A DNA stretch of 64,000 nucleotides from Mytilus edulis (lineage: Eukaryota): NCBI RefSeq assembly GCF_963676685.1, contig NC_092348.1, positions 64,852,001 to 64,916,000 on the forward strand, written 5' to 3'. The position numbers were made by a program, and so were the translations under genes. Shown piece by piece: positions 47,218-60,269 of the stretch; the stretch's first letter is position 1, and each line of letters begins with the position of its first letter. The notes under the pieces are model-generated. The model was not told the DNA's origin, searched no databases, and saw only the letters and a program-made list of their open reading frames with translations.

Positions 47218-49246
47218 TCATATCAAAATATTTACAGCTATAAAAGGACCCGAAATGACAAATGAAGTATATATTCTAGGTAATGACGTTCTTTATCCTC
47301 TTCATAACGTGTTTTGCTATCAGTACTCATTTGATGTAACTCGATACTTTTACATCCGGTAAATGTTGTTGTTGTACTATGGTAAATTTTTGTATTTTTG
47401 TCTTTCGTTTTTGCTAATGTGTTTTGTCTATACATATCTTTTTTTGTCTTTGCTGATATTTTTGTCTGTTTTTATAGTGATTAGTTTAAAACACAAAGTT
47501 AACTGTTGTTTCCCTATTTTAGACATTTTAACCAATTATGCCTGTTTGGTTTGTTTACACATCGGTGTCGATAAAAGGAAATTTCATGCGTCTGTCATAC
47601 ATATGAGAGGTTTATCTAACTATAAACCCAGGTTTAATCCACCACTTTTTAAATAATAAAATGTCTTTACCAAGGCAGAAACATGACAGTTGTTATCAAT
47701 TCATTTGATATGTTTGAGGTTTTGTTTTTGGTATTTGATAAGGGACTTTCCGTTAAGAATTTTCCTGTTTCCTTTTAACTACGTTTTGTATAAAGTAAAA
47801 CAAAAGATCCAATCTCCTAGAAAAATCAATTTATGCAAATTCGTTCTTGAGTCGAAGTTCTAAATCTTTTGAGGAGGAATGACGGAGGAGTTTTTTTTTA
47901 AATTATTGTCGATGTATCTTGCAATAAAAACAATATCACATGTGGAAGAATACGTCAATGAATTGGAAAAGAAATGCAATTTTGCGATAAATGGATAAAA
48001 GAAGATATGGTGTGAGTGCTTATGAGACAACTCTCCATCAAAGTTACAATGTGTAAGAATAAACCATTATAGGTCTTCAACACGGAGACTTAGCTCACAC
48101 CGAACAGCAAGCTATATAAGGCCCCCAAAAATTAGTAGTGTAAACACATTCAAAAGAAAAACCAACGGTCTAATCTATATAAAAAACGAGAAACTAAAAA
48201 CATTTATGAACCACATCAACAAACAACTACTACTGAACATCTAATTCCTGACTTAGGACAGGTGTAAACATATGCAGCGGTTTTATACGTTTTAGTTAGA
48301 ACCAACCTTCACCCTTTTCTGAAACATTAATGTAACATTACAACAGAGAAAGACACATTATCAAATATAATTTGAAATGGCTTAACCCAACCAAAAGACA
48401 TATCAACACAAGTGAACATACACTGAACGAATAAATTTCATCCATGACACAGTCTAAATACAAAATCAATAAAATAAGGGGTTCATAAATAAAGGCAACA
48501 ATAGCATACAGCTGTAAAATGTTTAATAATTACAGAAAGTACACCATAAACTTGAACAAATAACATGCCCGTCAAATAGAACATTGAACACAGGTAAAAG
48601 ATGTCAATTGTGTTGTAATGTATACAGTGTAAATGGAAATGGAAATATTCTTTTTTCATAGTACGAGAAACAAAAGTGAAAGTTTATAGTCAGACTAAAC
48701 ACTTATCAAAGCTGATAGTTATTAAAAATAGAGAAACATTAAATAACAAAAAATATTTATTTATAAATGGATGAAATGTATTCATTATATTAGTTCAATT
48801 GTATCAACAGGTCAAATTAACATAAAGTACGATTTTAGAGTGCTCGCAGTTACTAAAGGTTAGTAAATAGCCAAAATCAATTGATAATAAAAAAAATCAT
48901 GCACCAGAGACTAAAATCATCTATAAAAATGCCTGGGATTTATTATTTTAACGTCCTTGACAGTCAAAGAAGACATGACGTTTGCAATGCCAAAAATAAA
49001 AGCATCGACAGGCTGTAGGACAGTTAGGAGTTAACCTCTATATAGAAAATTTGAACGTGGATGTGTATTTCACAAAAAATACATCTCAAATCCATACATA
49101 ATCTTTCAAGTATTTACAGTTTAAATTCAAATAATAAGTAAAACTAAATATATAAGCAAACTAAAGTTTTTCTCCAGGCTTCAATGATTTGCTATCGTTA
49201 AATGTACGCATTTGATAAATTTCTTTTCTTTTTGCATTTCATTTTA

Positions 49247-52200
49247 TCATTTGTATTCATTTTTTTCATTTAGTTGAACATGATCGTTTTTTGGATTTTG
49301 TTTCCTTAAAACAAGTAATACAATAATGATTATACAAATGATAACAGGTACCAAGACACCAATCACTATTCCAGCTATACTTCCACCAGCGAGTCCTTCA
49401 AAATATAAAATAGTAGTTTTTTAAGTAATAAAAGGCTTCTTTATGCTTCTTGTATACTGTTCAACGAAGATTTTCAATTTCACAAGGAGGCAATCAACCC
49501 TAAGACCAAGTGGTGAAATAAAAATAGTTTAAACATATTTTATTTGCTTAAGGTGGTATCTAACACTACAGGGAGATAACTCTGTAAAATCAGCAGAACG
49601 TTTTAATGACGTTGTGTTCATAAGGGAATATTAAGCTTCTCAATGATCAAAATAAGTATTTGTCAAACTTCTATATAAACCAGTATATTTTTTCTAATTA
49701 AACGGTTGGTTCAAATTTTTTGAAATTTTATATTTTTGTTAAAGGGTCAAAGTAAATACTTTGTCATAATTTTAAGAAAATTAAACGAACCAAATTAATT
49801 TTAGTTAAAGTGTTAGGTACCACCTTAAATGTGCAAAAGGGATGATACAAAAGTTAATCAAACTTATATAGTCTTCTCCCATAGAAATAGAAATAGAAAT
49901 CGGCATCAATGAGTTGGTTGACCTTTATAGAATTTTTGTCTAAATGACGACGGAAATACTTCAAGTGTCGTCACCAAAATTCCCATCAGATTATCCTGAA
50001 TGTGATCTACTGAATTAGACTTAACATCGAGTTTGCACTTACATCAGCAACATGTCGGGTGCCAAATATGCAGCAGGATGAGCTTATGCGGCTGGGAAAC
50101 CTGCGACAATCGTGCTTCATGGCGTTCCTGTTGCTAAGACTTTAGTTTTTTACGGTATATTTTGTAAAATTGCTGTTTTTTCTGAGGTCTTTTTTCGTTC
50201 TTTTTTTGCCATGTCGTTAGGTTATTTTTAACAAAAATATGCATTCATAATTGCATGATCCCAGAAATTGAATGAACTCCAACTCCCAAACTCCCAGACC
50301 AATATTATTCTGCATGAATTGCCCGTCATCACATAAATTGATTGATTGTTGGTGTTTTAATGACACTATAAGTACCACTTTTGGGCTATTATATGGCGGT
50401 TAGTGTTTTTTGGTGGAGGAAGTCCCCGGAGAAAACTACCGACCTTAGAAAACTGACAAACTTAGTCAATTAAGAGTGGAGTGCACCAGCACGAGCGCGG
50501 TTCGAACTCATAACCTCAGTGTTGACTGGCTAGTGATTACAGTAGTAAAACTACTTAGACCACTTGGCCTTTGTGACATAAAAGGTCTATGCATATATTT
50601 CTTACCCGATTCGTCGATGTGATCTGAAAACAGAAAGCAAATTTGGAATTAAAATTATAAACAGGTTTTTTTTAAACTCTCCTTAATTATTTTTAGATTT
50701 ATAAGTTTGTTATTTATAAGAGACACATTATCATTGTTATCTATTCTAGAACCGTGTACACTTTATATTTTTAAGATTTACTTCATTGTTACGTTTGAAA
50801 ATAAAAAGACATGGCAAACCGATGAATGTCATTTCGAATAAAAGCAGTCGGGAGGTCAAATTAAGTAAGAAATCGTTCTTTCGTGTCATGATCTGATAAT
50901 TTTAACAATGTGTAGGCATTATATTTGTTGATATCTTTACCCTTAGCATAAGCCTTGTGTACAGTAAAATGTAGACACATATAATGCCTATCAATGTTAA
51001 ATTTGCAAAGGGCTTGATAAGAATTATTTTTATTTTAGAACTTTTGTTCTTCGAAGCTGACTTAATATATGCGTTCTAAAGGCATCCATCCAAACGTTAG
51101 TATACAAAATTAACCTTTTCACGATAAACAAATAAACACATGACTTTTTTTTACTCTTTTTAGGTTTCTATAGAGCAACACCTAAACAAAGGCCCATTTT
51201 TATTTCCGACGTTGTTCAAATTTCAACTGCAGTTGTAATTTCTATTGTGTCGTCGATCACGTGCAGCCTATCTTTTATTGGAAATATAACATGGCATTTT
51301 CCCAAAGCGACAGAACGTCATAAAGTATAGTCTAAAATTAAAAAATAATTGTGCTATATTTGACTAAAATTATCCCAATTTCAGTGTAGAACATTCTTAG
51401 TCTTGCGAAATTTGGTAATATTAGGAACATATTACTTCAACAAAGGACAGTATCAATGACAGGAGTGCTGACTGTTTTGTTGATGTCATCGGAGAAGAAA
51501 GGATCTCTAGTGGCGGCATCGGCCAAGTGGTAAATTATCTTCAGAGAAAAAAGGAGTGTTATTAAGATATATCATGACGGTCACTGGAAAAACATTAATG
51601 GTGCTCGATTCAAAACAGTTTGAATTCAAAAGGATAATGAAGTTAAAAAGCGTTGAAACACAAAATGATATAGCAGAACAATTTTGTGTTTTAACACTTA
51701 TAACCTCAAGTTAAAAATCGAACACAATCATATCAAAAATAACTTATTGGCATTATATTTGTTTCGTCTGAACGCATATCTCATTTGTTACAATTATTGA
51801 AGACTTGATTTTTCCTACCATGATTTTCTCTGTAGGGGATTGGTGTTAATTATGTGGACATTGAAGCAAGAATTTAAATAGGAAATTGTAAAGATATCTC
51901 TCCGTCAGTTTTACTTTTGTTTCTATATTTGTACTCCCCTTGTGGATAGGGATATTACACATTATTACCTCTTTCTGGAATGTTTATAGATATGCTAACT
52001 GGCGTATCCATTCCATGTGTACATGTCCATTCTATACCATTTTCATTTGACGTCAAATTAGAAATAACTACATATATTCCTGCCTCATTAGCATTAAAAC
52101 TGTACAACATGGTCGATTTTGTAGTACAGAAAGAAGTTTCAGAACATGAAGTCATAATCTTGTTTTCTCTACTCCATGATGCAAGTTTTTCATATTCGGG

Positions 52201-53087
52201 AATGGAACAGGATATACTACAGGAGCTTCCTTTAACATTGCAGTTAGTTTCAATAGCAAGTTTTCCTGGAAAAAAATGTTTTATCTTTGAAAATAATTTA
52301 AGTTTGTTTCAAACTTGATTCTTGATACATTAGAACGACAATCCGCCACTTTTTCCAAGACATGTGAGGTTTTAACATACAGGTCACTAGATTAAATTAT
52401 ATTCAGTAGAAGAATTGTTTTAAAATCCTTGCAAATTGATAATAGACGATTTTGTTAAAGCTTCTTTGTTTTTAATTCTGAAGTGCTATATATGTTTTTC
52501 AGACCAAACGAACGTCATACCAAACAAACCTGTTAAAATGTATTTAACAGAATTAAGTAGTATGCACAAATTTTATTATGAATTTCTAGAGGAAAAACAT
52601 AAAATATGTTTATTTTTAGGTAAGATGTTAGGGTAACAATTGTTTGACCATTAAATTCTTAAGTAAGTAGGTTATAAAACACTTGTTACAAAGTTTAACC
52701 GTGACAACTATGTATGGCGATCCCTTCACAATTAGGTTGTTAGTGTAATACTTCATGTTATGTGTGTTGTCAAACATAGAAAACAATAAATTTGATATTC
52801 GACTTTAAATTTATTTAACAAGTAACTCCTTTGTCCTTCATAGAGTAACGTGGATATCAGAAAGTCTTAAAGTATTTATGTATTTCAAAGTGTTTTTTAA
52901 ATCATTTTGTATTTGCCATACATTTTATCAATTAATCATAGGCAAATATATCGGAATTAGTGGGAAAAAACTAATTAATTTTTAACAGAAACTAAACATA
53001 AGTATAGTTTCATCTTGAAGTTAATTTACCCAATGTTAACATGAAGGTCTGCATAAACAGGAACAAATATAAACAGTTTGCAGTCAT
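49247..53087 (-). CDS. IgA: small type-I membrane protein, 173 aa (signal peptide, single Ig-like domain, TM, 19-aa tail); exons 53087-53030, 52265-51969, 50623-50606, 49395-49247
   Basis: MTANCLYLFLFMQTFMLTLG; 297-nt phase 1-1 exon with CSISC...ASWSR...ISNLTSNENGIEWTC (Ig B/C/F-strand pattern); 18-nt microexon DHIDES; TM GLAGGSIAGIVIGVLVPVIICIIIIVLLVL; tail RKQNPKNDHVQLNEKNEYK*. All introns GT-AG, and the first three exon sizes are identical to IgB. Confidence 0.82.
49552..49824. mobile_element. 273-bp MITE with TTAA target-site duplication (Kolobok-like), in IgA intron 3
   Basis: ttaa|ggtggtatctaacact ... agtgttaggtaccacc|ttaa. Confidence 0.8.
51969..52265 (-). CDS. IgA Ig-like domain exon
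   Basis: tttccag|GA AAA CTT GCT ... GAA AGA G|gtaata on the minus strand; 6 Cys; paralogous to 61299-61595. Confidence 0.85.
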
Positions 53088-56000
53088 GTTCAAACTTTTA
53101 TTCTGTAACGTTCCTTTGATACACATAATTCTGTTAAACTGCAATAAAAAAGAAAAAAAAATTGAAATGCATTATGTACTTGTTTGTGTCATAATCCATT
53201 CAAACATGACATAAAATGCACTTTTTAATCGTTTGGAATATACTGTCAAAAGTCAGGAGCATGTAGTTAAGTGGTAGTCGATTGTCCACGTCTGTCATGT
53301 TTGTTTTTTTGAAAATATGTTTGCAATAGAATATGCCGTTAGTTTTCTCGTTTGTAGGTTTCCCATCTTTTGTGGGAGTTCTTAATTGTCATTTATACAG
53401 TACGAGGTTTTCTCAATTTTGAAGACCGCACGTTGTCAAAAACTGCCGTTATGTACTATCACATATGCAAGTCAGTTTGAAAGGCCACATCAATTTGACT
53501 TTATTCTATTCCATATCAGCCTTTTTTGAACAGTGACAGTTGTATGTACCAATGATAAAAAAAATCATTGTCTAAAATAATATTGTTGCACTAATAGGGC
53601 ATGATTTGTTGCCTACTGTGTTTTATCTCCGGGCTACGGTAGTAATGAGTAGAGGGGATTAATTTTTAGGAATTAACAATTAACAAGTTTAGGATCACAT
53701 CAATTATGAACTTAGTAAACATGTACATAATGATCCGATTGCTTTAAAATTATATATATACCTAATTACGGTATCCCCTCTGATTTTACGTGTACGACTC
53801 ACTGTACAGAGAAATGTAATAGTGTCAAATTAGTACATTCTATATATGTTAGCTTCCTTTCGATTCATTGATGATTGAATGATACTAAAACCCATACTAT
53901 TAATCCTTGGTTTATATATGTTATATATGTCATTGTCATTTTATTCAGTTTTTTTCTGTTAACTAATATTTATACATCGGCCTTAATCTTCTTTTAATCT
54001 GTGTGTCTGTTGGTTCCACAACGGATTGATGTGTGGGGATGGTAGATATAATATAAATTTAATCTATTGCATGTATGCATCTATCAAAAGCCGGGACACT
54101 AGCCTATGTTTGCCTTGTGTGTTGCTTTTTAATTGTGGTTTTAGTCGAATTTTAGTGTGACTGTCATTTCGCTGAACGTGTTATTATTTGTATTTTGGGA
54201 CTACATAACGGTCGCCTCTGGTGTGGGATTTTCTCGTTGCGCTGACGAATTATAGATTGCCTCTCCTTTTTCGGCTCTATGGTTGGTTTTATGTCTCTTT
54301 GTTGCATTCTCAATTCTATTCATAGATTTTGTTTGTGTTCCATTAAGCTGGGGTTACATTTACTCGGGAAACTTGATACTCGTGTTCACTGTAAAAGGTA
54401 TCTTTTTCAAGACAAGTTACGATATCGATTCTTTTATAACTGAATACTAAACATGGGCACATAAAAGTGTGAGTGGGGCAGGGTTACCTACGGGACAAAC
54501 AGTTCAGTTTTTTTTTATTCAATTAACGTGTTCTTTCAAAGTCATGTGATCCTCAATAATTTATCTCAGTGCCAACACACTATTGATATACACGTCCCAA
54601 AATAGACAGCAAAATACAAATTAGATTATAACCATTGCAATGCTCGTTCCTACTGGTCTGATTTTGTTTTGTCCTCCGTATCGCTAAAGCACTGGGCATT
54701 CTTGTTTGTAAAGCATTCATTTTATAAGATTTTATTAGATTTTTAATATTTCTCCTTAAAATATTTATGCGTTGAAATATCAACCATTATTTTTTTGTTA
54801 AATCTTTATTATTTTTTAAATAACGAGCTCTTCTTTAAACCAAAATCGCGATACATCCACTCTGAGACAAACAATTCATTCGATATCAGTAGAGGTCTTT
54901 TTCTTTTTTTTTTTTAAATTCGATGGATTTATAAGAAAAGTCTCTATTTCAGTAAAACACATGTTTATGTTTCAGTATAAAAGTGTAAGTCATCAGCGGT
55001 CCAATGTCAAACATATATTAACTATAAGAATAACACGGAATATTTTCTTTCTACACCCACAATGGCCATCATCTCTGAATTAAGACAGGTAGATGTAAAA
55101 CCTATATCACATACCATTTTTTCATAATGCAATCCCTGAACATTTCATTGACATGTCGTTGCTCTTTCCGCTTATTCTTTTATGCTTATCAATGGATGTC
55201 TTGTATATTCAGATATCAATGTCGTTTGCTTTTTTTTGGTTAGAATTTGAGGCTACGACTTTTGTAGAAGCAAGTACATGTACGACAATTTTTTTATAGA
55301 CCTCAATATTTTCATTAAAGTTTAAAAGAAGATGTGGTACAATTGTCATTGAAATCGCTATCACCAAAACTGAAATCAATAGCAGTTCACTTATACGGTC
55401 ATCACTAATGAGCAAAACCTATAAGGTATGGTAAGTTCTCAAGGTTCCAGCATTACAAACTGTAAAGCAATTCTAGCGAGTATTGATGTTAAAAAAAGAT
55501 GACAAGAGAACAAACATGGCTGTGCATTACACGTTACTGATTTCGGACAGTCAAATTAAGAATGTGATTGGGTTATAATATATTCATTCATTCTTCAACC
55601 GGCGACATTTGTTTAATTGAACAATATAAACAATAGGGGAGGGGATGACCAATGAAATAGATCGTACGGTACGAAGAACAAAAAAAAAGAAGAAATTCTT
55701 ATCTCAGAACTGGTATTTTTGTTCCAGGTCATTCGGGTGATTTTGATTTTTTAAGTGCTCTCAAACTGTATAATTATTACCAAACAGTGCATGTATGTAA
55801 AAGACCAATAAAAGGAGGTTATAATAATAAAAAATAAAATCATCTTAACTGTCGAATTCATTTGAAACTGTTTACTATTTATAAATATAATTAATATTGT
55901 CCTTACCATGAGTAATTTCCTTCCTTTAAATATGTAAACAAGTTAATATGTACAAATAAAAATTTTGGCAGCGATCAATACTTAAAAGTCTTTAAACATA

Positions 56001-56769
56001 TGATCTGTCCTACGATATATTTTTTTAATATAATAACGGTTAAATATCGATCAGTGGGTTGTCGACTTTACCTCTCAAACAAAAAATGTATATGCTTCTG
56101 TTATCACAATAACAAATTTAATATATATATAAGAATACGCCATTTTAAAAACGAATATTTTTAAAGTACGTACTCATTCATGCTAAGATCGCCTTACATG
56201 GCTTTTGCTATTTTAGGTCATGTATGGTCATATAGCGCTTCATCTATGAAGGTCTTGAATTTCAAATAATTTAGTTTGATTGTTCTTTGCAGTAGGTATA
56301 CTATCCGACTGGGATATATATTTTTTCGTGTGATTTCATTATTTTCACGTTTTTCAAGTGAAAATGAGCATTAATGTAAACAGGCTTGAATGTTATATAC
56401 AAAATCATTCAAGACAATAAAGATATCACATATAATATACAAAATGTATCAACCCTACATTATTTTATATCTATACATGTTTAACTAGTCCGTACAGTGC
56501 TTTATTCCAAAATTTAGATCAAAAGCAAGTCTCTTTCAGTAAAAAAGTTGTGTTTATTTTTTTTTTTGTGATTTTCTAATTGCTTTTCGAAGTTTTCCTA
56601 TCGAATGCATAAGACTCTTATGTTGGCCGCATTAATATATATCTTTAATTATCTATAATTATTTGCATATAATAGAATGTATTAATAACATGGTATTTTC
56701 TAATAGTATTAAATCTTTAATAAAGCACGATATCATAAATTGAATCATAGGAGTACTTTCTGGTTTTCT

Positions 56770-57178
56770 GAAACGCGCGTCTGGCGTACTAAATTATAAT
56801 CCTGGTACCTTTAATTACTATTTACACCACTGGGTCGATGCCACTGATGGTGGACGTTTCATCCCCGAGGGTATCACCAACCCAGCAGTTAACACTTCGG
56901 TGTTGACATGAATATCAATTATGTGGTCATTTGTATGAATTTCGTGTTTACAAAACTTTGAATTTTTCGAAAAAACTAAAGATTTTCTTATTCCAGGCAT
57001 AGATTACCTTAGCCGTATTTAGCACAACTTTTTGGAATTTTGGATCCTCAATGCTCTTCAACTTTGTACTTGTTTGGCTTCACTATATATTTTAATATGA
57101 GCGTCACTGATGAGTCTATTGAAGACAAAACGCGCGTCTAGCGTACTTAATTATAATCCTGGTACCTTTGATAACTAT
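56770..57178 (+). mobile_element. Retrozyme-type element spanning two hammerhead cleavage sites 357 nt apart
   Basis: gaaacgcgcGTC^tggcgt (cut after 56781) and a full motif at 57101-57144 (cut after 57138; GAAA>AAAA mutation); internal UUCG hairpin at 56888-56907. Confidence 0.8.
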
Positions 57179-60100
57179 TTCCTAATATTTTGGCCTACTT
57201 TTAAATCATTTGACCAACGATTGCTCAAGCTATACAATGCTCTTAACTTATATTATTGTTTACATGTATTACCAATGTTATTTCAACTGATCGGGCGGAG
57301 CTTACGTTTTAATTTGCATGAGGACAGTCGATTTGAAAATATGTGTGATTACGATGATTGCCGTTATAGTTATTACTGATTTCTAATCACCTATCATTGA
57401 CCTCAAAGGAATTTACAAAAGAATGACTGGGCAATGCATTGATGAGTTTATCCTAAAACACCTATCTATAGATGGACTGGTTTATTATGATCGATCATGA
57501 GCAAACTGGATAAACTCCGCCCAGTCAAGTGAAATAAATTGAGTTATAGCTACCTTTTTTGTAAGAGAAGCACTTTTAACAGAGACCAAACATGTTCTTG
57601 TTAGTAAATCTAAAATTTGTCTTTCAGATGAACTTTTACTTTTTATTAATTAAATACATTCTTCAATGCATAACTTTGATAAAAAATCAGAAAAAAACAA
57701 CTCTCTTTTACATCTCATTCAATATAAATAGAGAATGACAATTATTGAAATGTGTATTTTAAAACTTCTGTATGTGAACGTTGATAAACATTTGAACTTT
57801 CAACAACAGATTGTTTTCTTTCTTCTCTTAATCAAAGTAACGTTTATCTTTACACAAATTGAGAGAAAGTGACAGCCGATGCTTTTTTTGTTGTTGTATC
57901 TCTTTAGAAGAGATCATGTCGAATTTACTAAATTGTATTTATGTAATCTGTTAAAATTTCGTATTGTTGTTCCATTTGCAAACATACTACATACCGCCAA
58001 AAGAATTTTGTGTCATATTGTTGGAAAATCTTTTTTGATATTTCTATGTTTACCTCACAATTTTAAACACTATCAATTGCTTAAACATCGTTGATAAATG
58101 ATGCATGATCAATAATCTTGAGATATAGGTACTTCTATATGGTTTTTAATAGTCCCGTCATGCATTCACTTGAATATATTCTATAATTGGGCATACATGT
58201 TTAATGTACTTTCAACACATTAGGTTTGTACCAAGAAAAAAAATTTAGCAACAATTCATGAGCCAAATAATAAATTTTCTTTCTATAATTGCAGGAAGTT
58301 ATTTTCAAAAACTACTACATTATAACAAAGGAAACCTGTAATTACTAAATTAATTGTGTTTTTTTTATTATTATTGTGTAACCTGATTTAAAAAATCGTT
58401 GGCTTTCAGAACACGAACTCTACAGGAATACGTCAAACATGGATTTAAACTTCTCTAAAAAAAATAAGAAAGGAGTATTCTTAAATGTTATTTTAAAGAT
58501 CCAAATCTTTACTGACTTGACATAATTTTCTATGACCGATTTATGTTTTAATTAAAATAGAAATTGTATAAAACTTAACATAGATGAATTAAAAGCAACA
58601 CGTATTTTGGTTTAACGTTAACGTGCATAGAAGGACCAATCTCATCTCTTCAATTCTGTTTATTCAAAAATCTGAAGATGTAATGACTTATTAGGCTATG
58701 ATTCATTAAACCAAGTATACTTACCTACTGGTATGTGTGCATAATAGACATTTACCAAAATAAGGTTTTGTTCTGCTCAAGTCTCAACAATTTGTTTATT
58801 TTGATGGTTTTGGGTGCCCCCTCAAAGTATCCATAACTTTATAATCTTTAAGATATAGTGAAAATCAAAAAGTGAAATTACAAACAAATGAACTTGCTGA
58901 AAAATTCAAAACGGAAAGTTTCTAATCAAATGACAAAATCAAAAGCTCAAACTCATCAAACGATTGCCAAAAAATAAAATGTAACATACTACTTCATCAA
59001 TTAACGCTAGTTACCTTTTTGTTAGGAATTTTCCGCGCATCATATTCAAAATGTGCGCACCAAGTTTAATGCTTACTACACTTTGAATTTTAAAAAGAAA
59101 CGTTTCAACTCTTTTAAGAACATATTAATACAAATCCATGAAATAACGACTACAATCAAGGCATTTGTTTATTTTTTTATACATTGTTGTTGCGTTTTCA
59201 AGGAGAACACGGTCAGTTATGGATGGTACATTTCATACAAAATATTATATGAATTTTTGAATGATTCGGTCGAAATTACAGAATCGTATGTAGCTGCCAT
59301 GTTATTTAAGTATAGCAATACATATAAACGCAGCATGGCCCATACAAAAAGTAATTTTCTAGTAAAAGAAGCAACGTTAGATACCATTGTTTGGCATGAC
59401 CGTTAAAAACATAAGTTCTTGTCATTGCATAGAGAATTTGACGTATATAATGACAAAAATATTTAAAACTTCGCTTCAAGATGAATTACTATCTAGACAG
59501 AATTTGTTTTAGATTTGCTTGAACACAATATTTGCATTTGTGTATACGAATGATTTAAACACCCGCATTTTGAGAGATAAATTAGCCTAAATCATATTTT
59601 ACAAATTATACTTACTGGTATGTGTGCTTAATATGTTGCCAATTTTTAAAGTAGCCTATAACAAACTAAACTCGTATGCTTTGCAGCATACAATATAAAA
59701 ATGGAAGCGGATGATTGTAGAAAATATTACATCTCACCATTGAAAATAGTTATGTGTGTATGTACACTATTCAAAATCATTTACTAGTATATAGCAAACA
59801 AATAAACAGTAATTCTACCTTAAGGTTTTTCTGTCTGTTGATTGTTCGTCATCGTACCGGATATTAGATACTATTGAGTCCAAACATATTTGACAAGATA
59901 GTTGAAAAATAGTGTACTTCACGTATTATTTTATTTTATGACATGAACGTCTTAAGGAAAAATTATTACCTCTACTCCACACACTTTCCGTGCAAACATT
60001 GTAGACGTTATATGAAATAAAATTCAACGAATCTGAGGAAAAAAACCCACATTTTACGATACATAAGAATGAACATTGTGTTATAGTTCTTTGCCTTAAA

Positions 60101-60269
60101 TAACAACTGAATATGTATTTGTACAAATGACAAATAATGTAATAATTGTGTTCTGGTTACTTATATCTGTAATCGTTGATCGAAGTTGTTCGATGTATTT
60201 CTTCTTGTATTTGCATTATATTGCGAACAGTTTTCGATAGTTTGGTCAAACAGAACAACTTTCTTTTTT

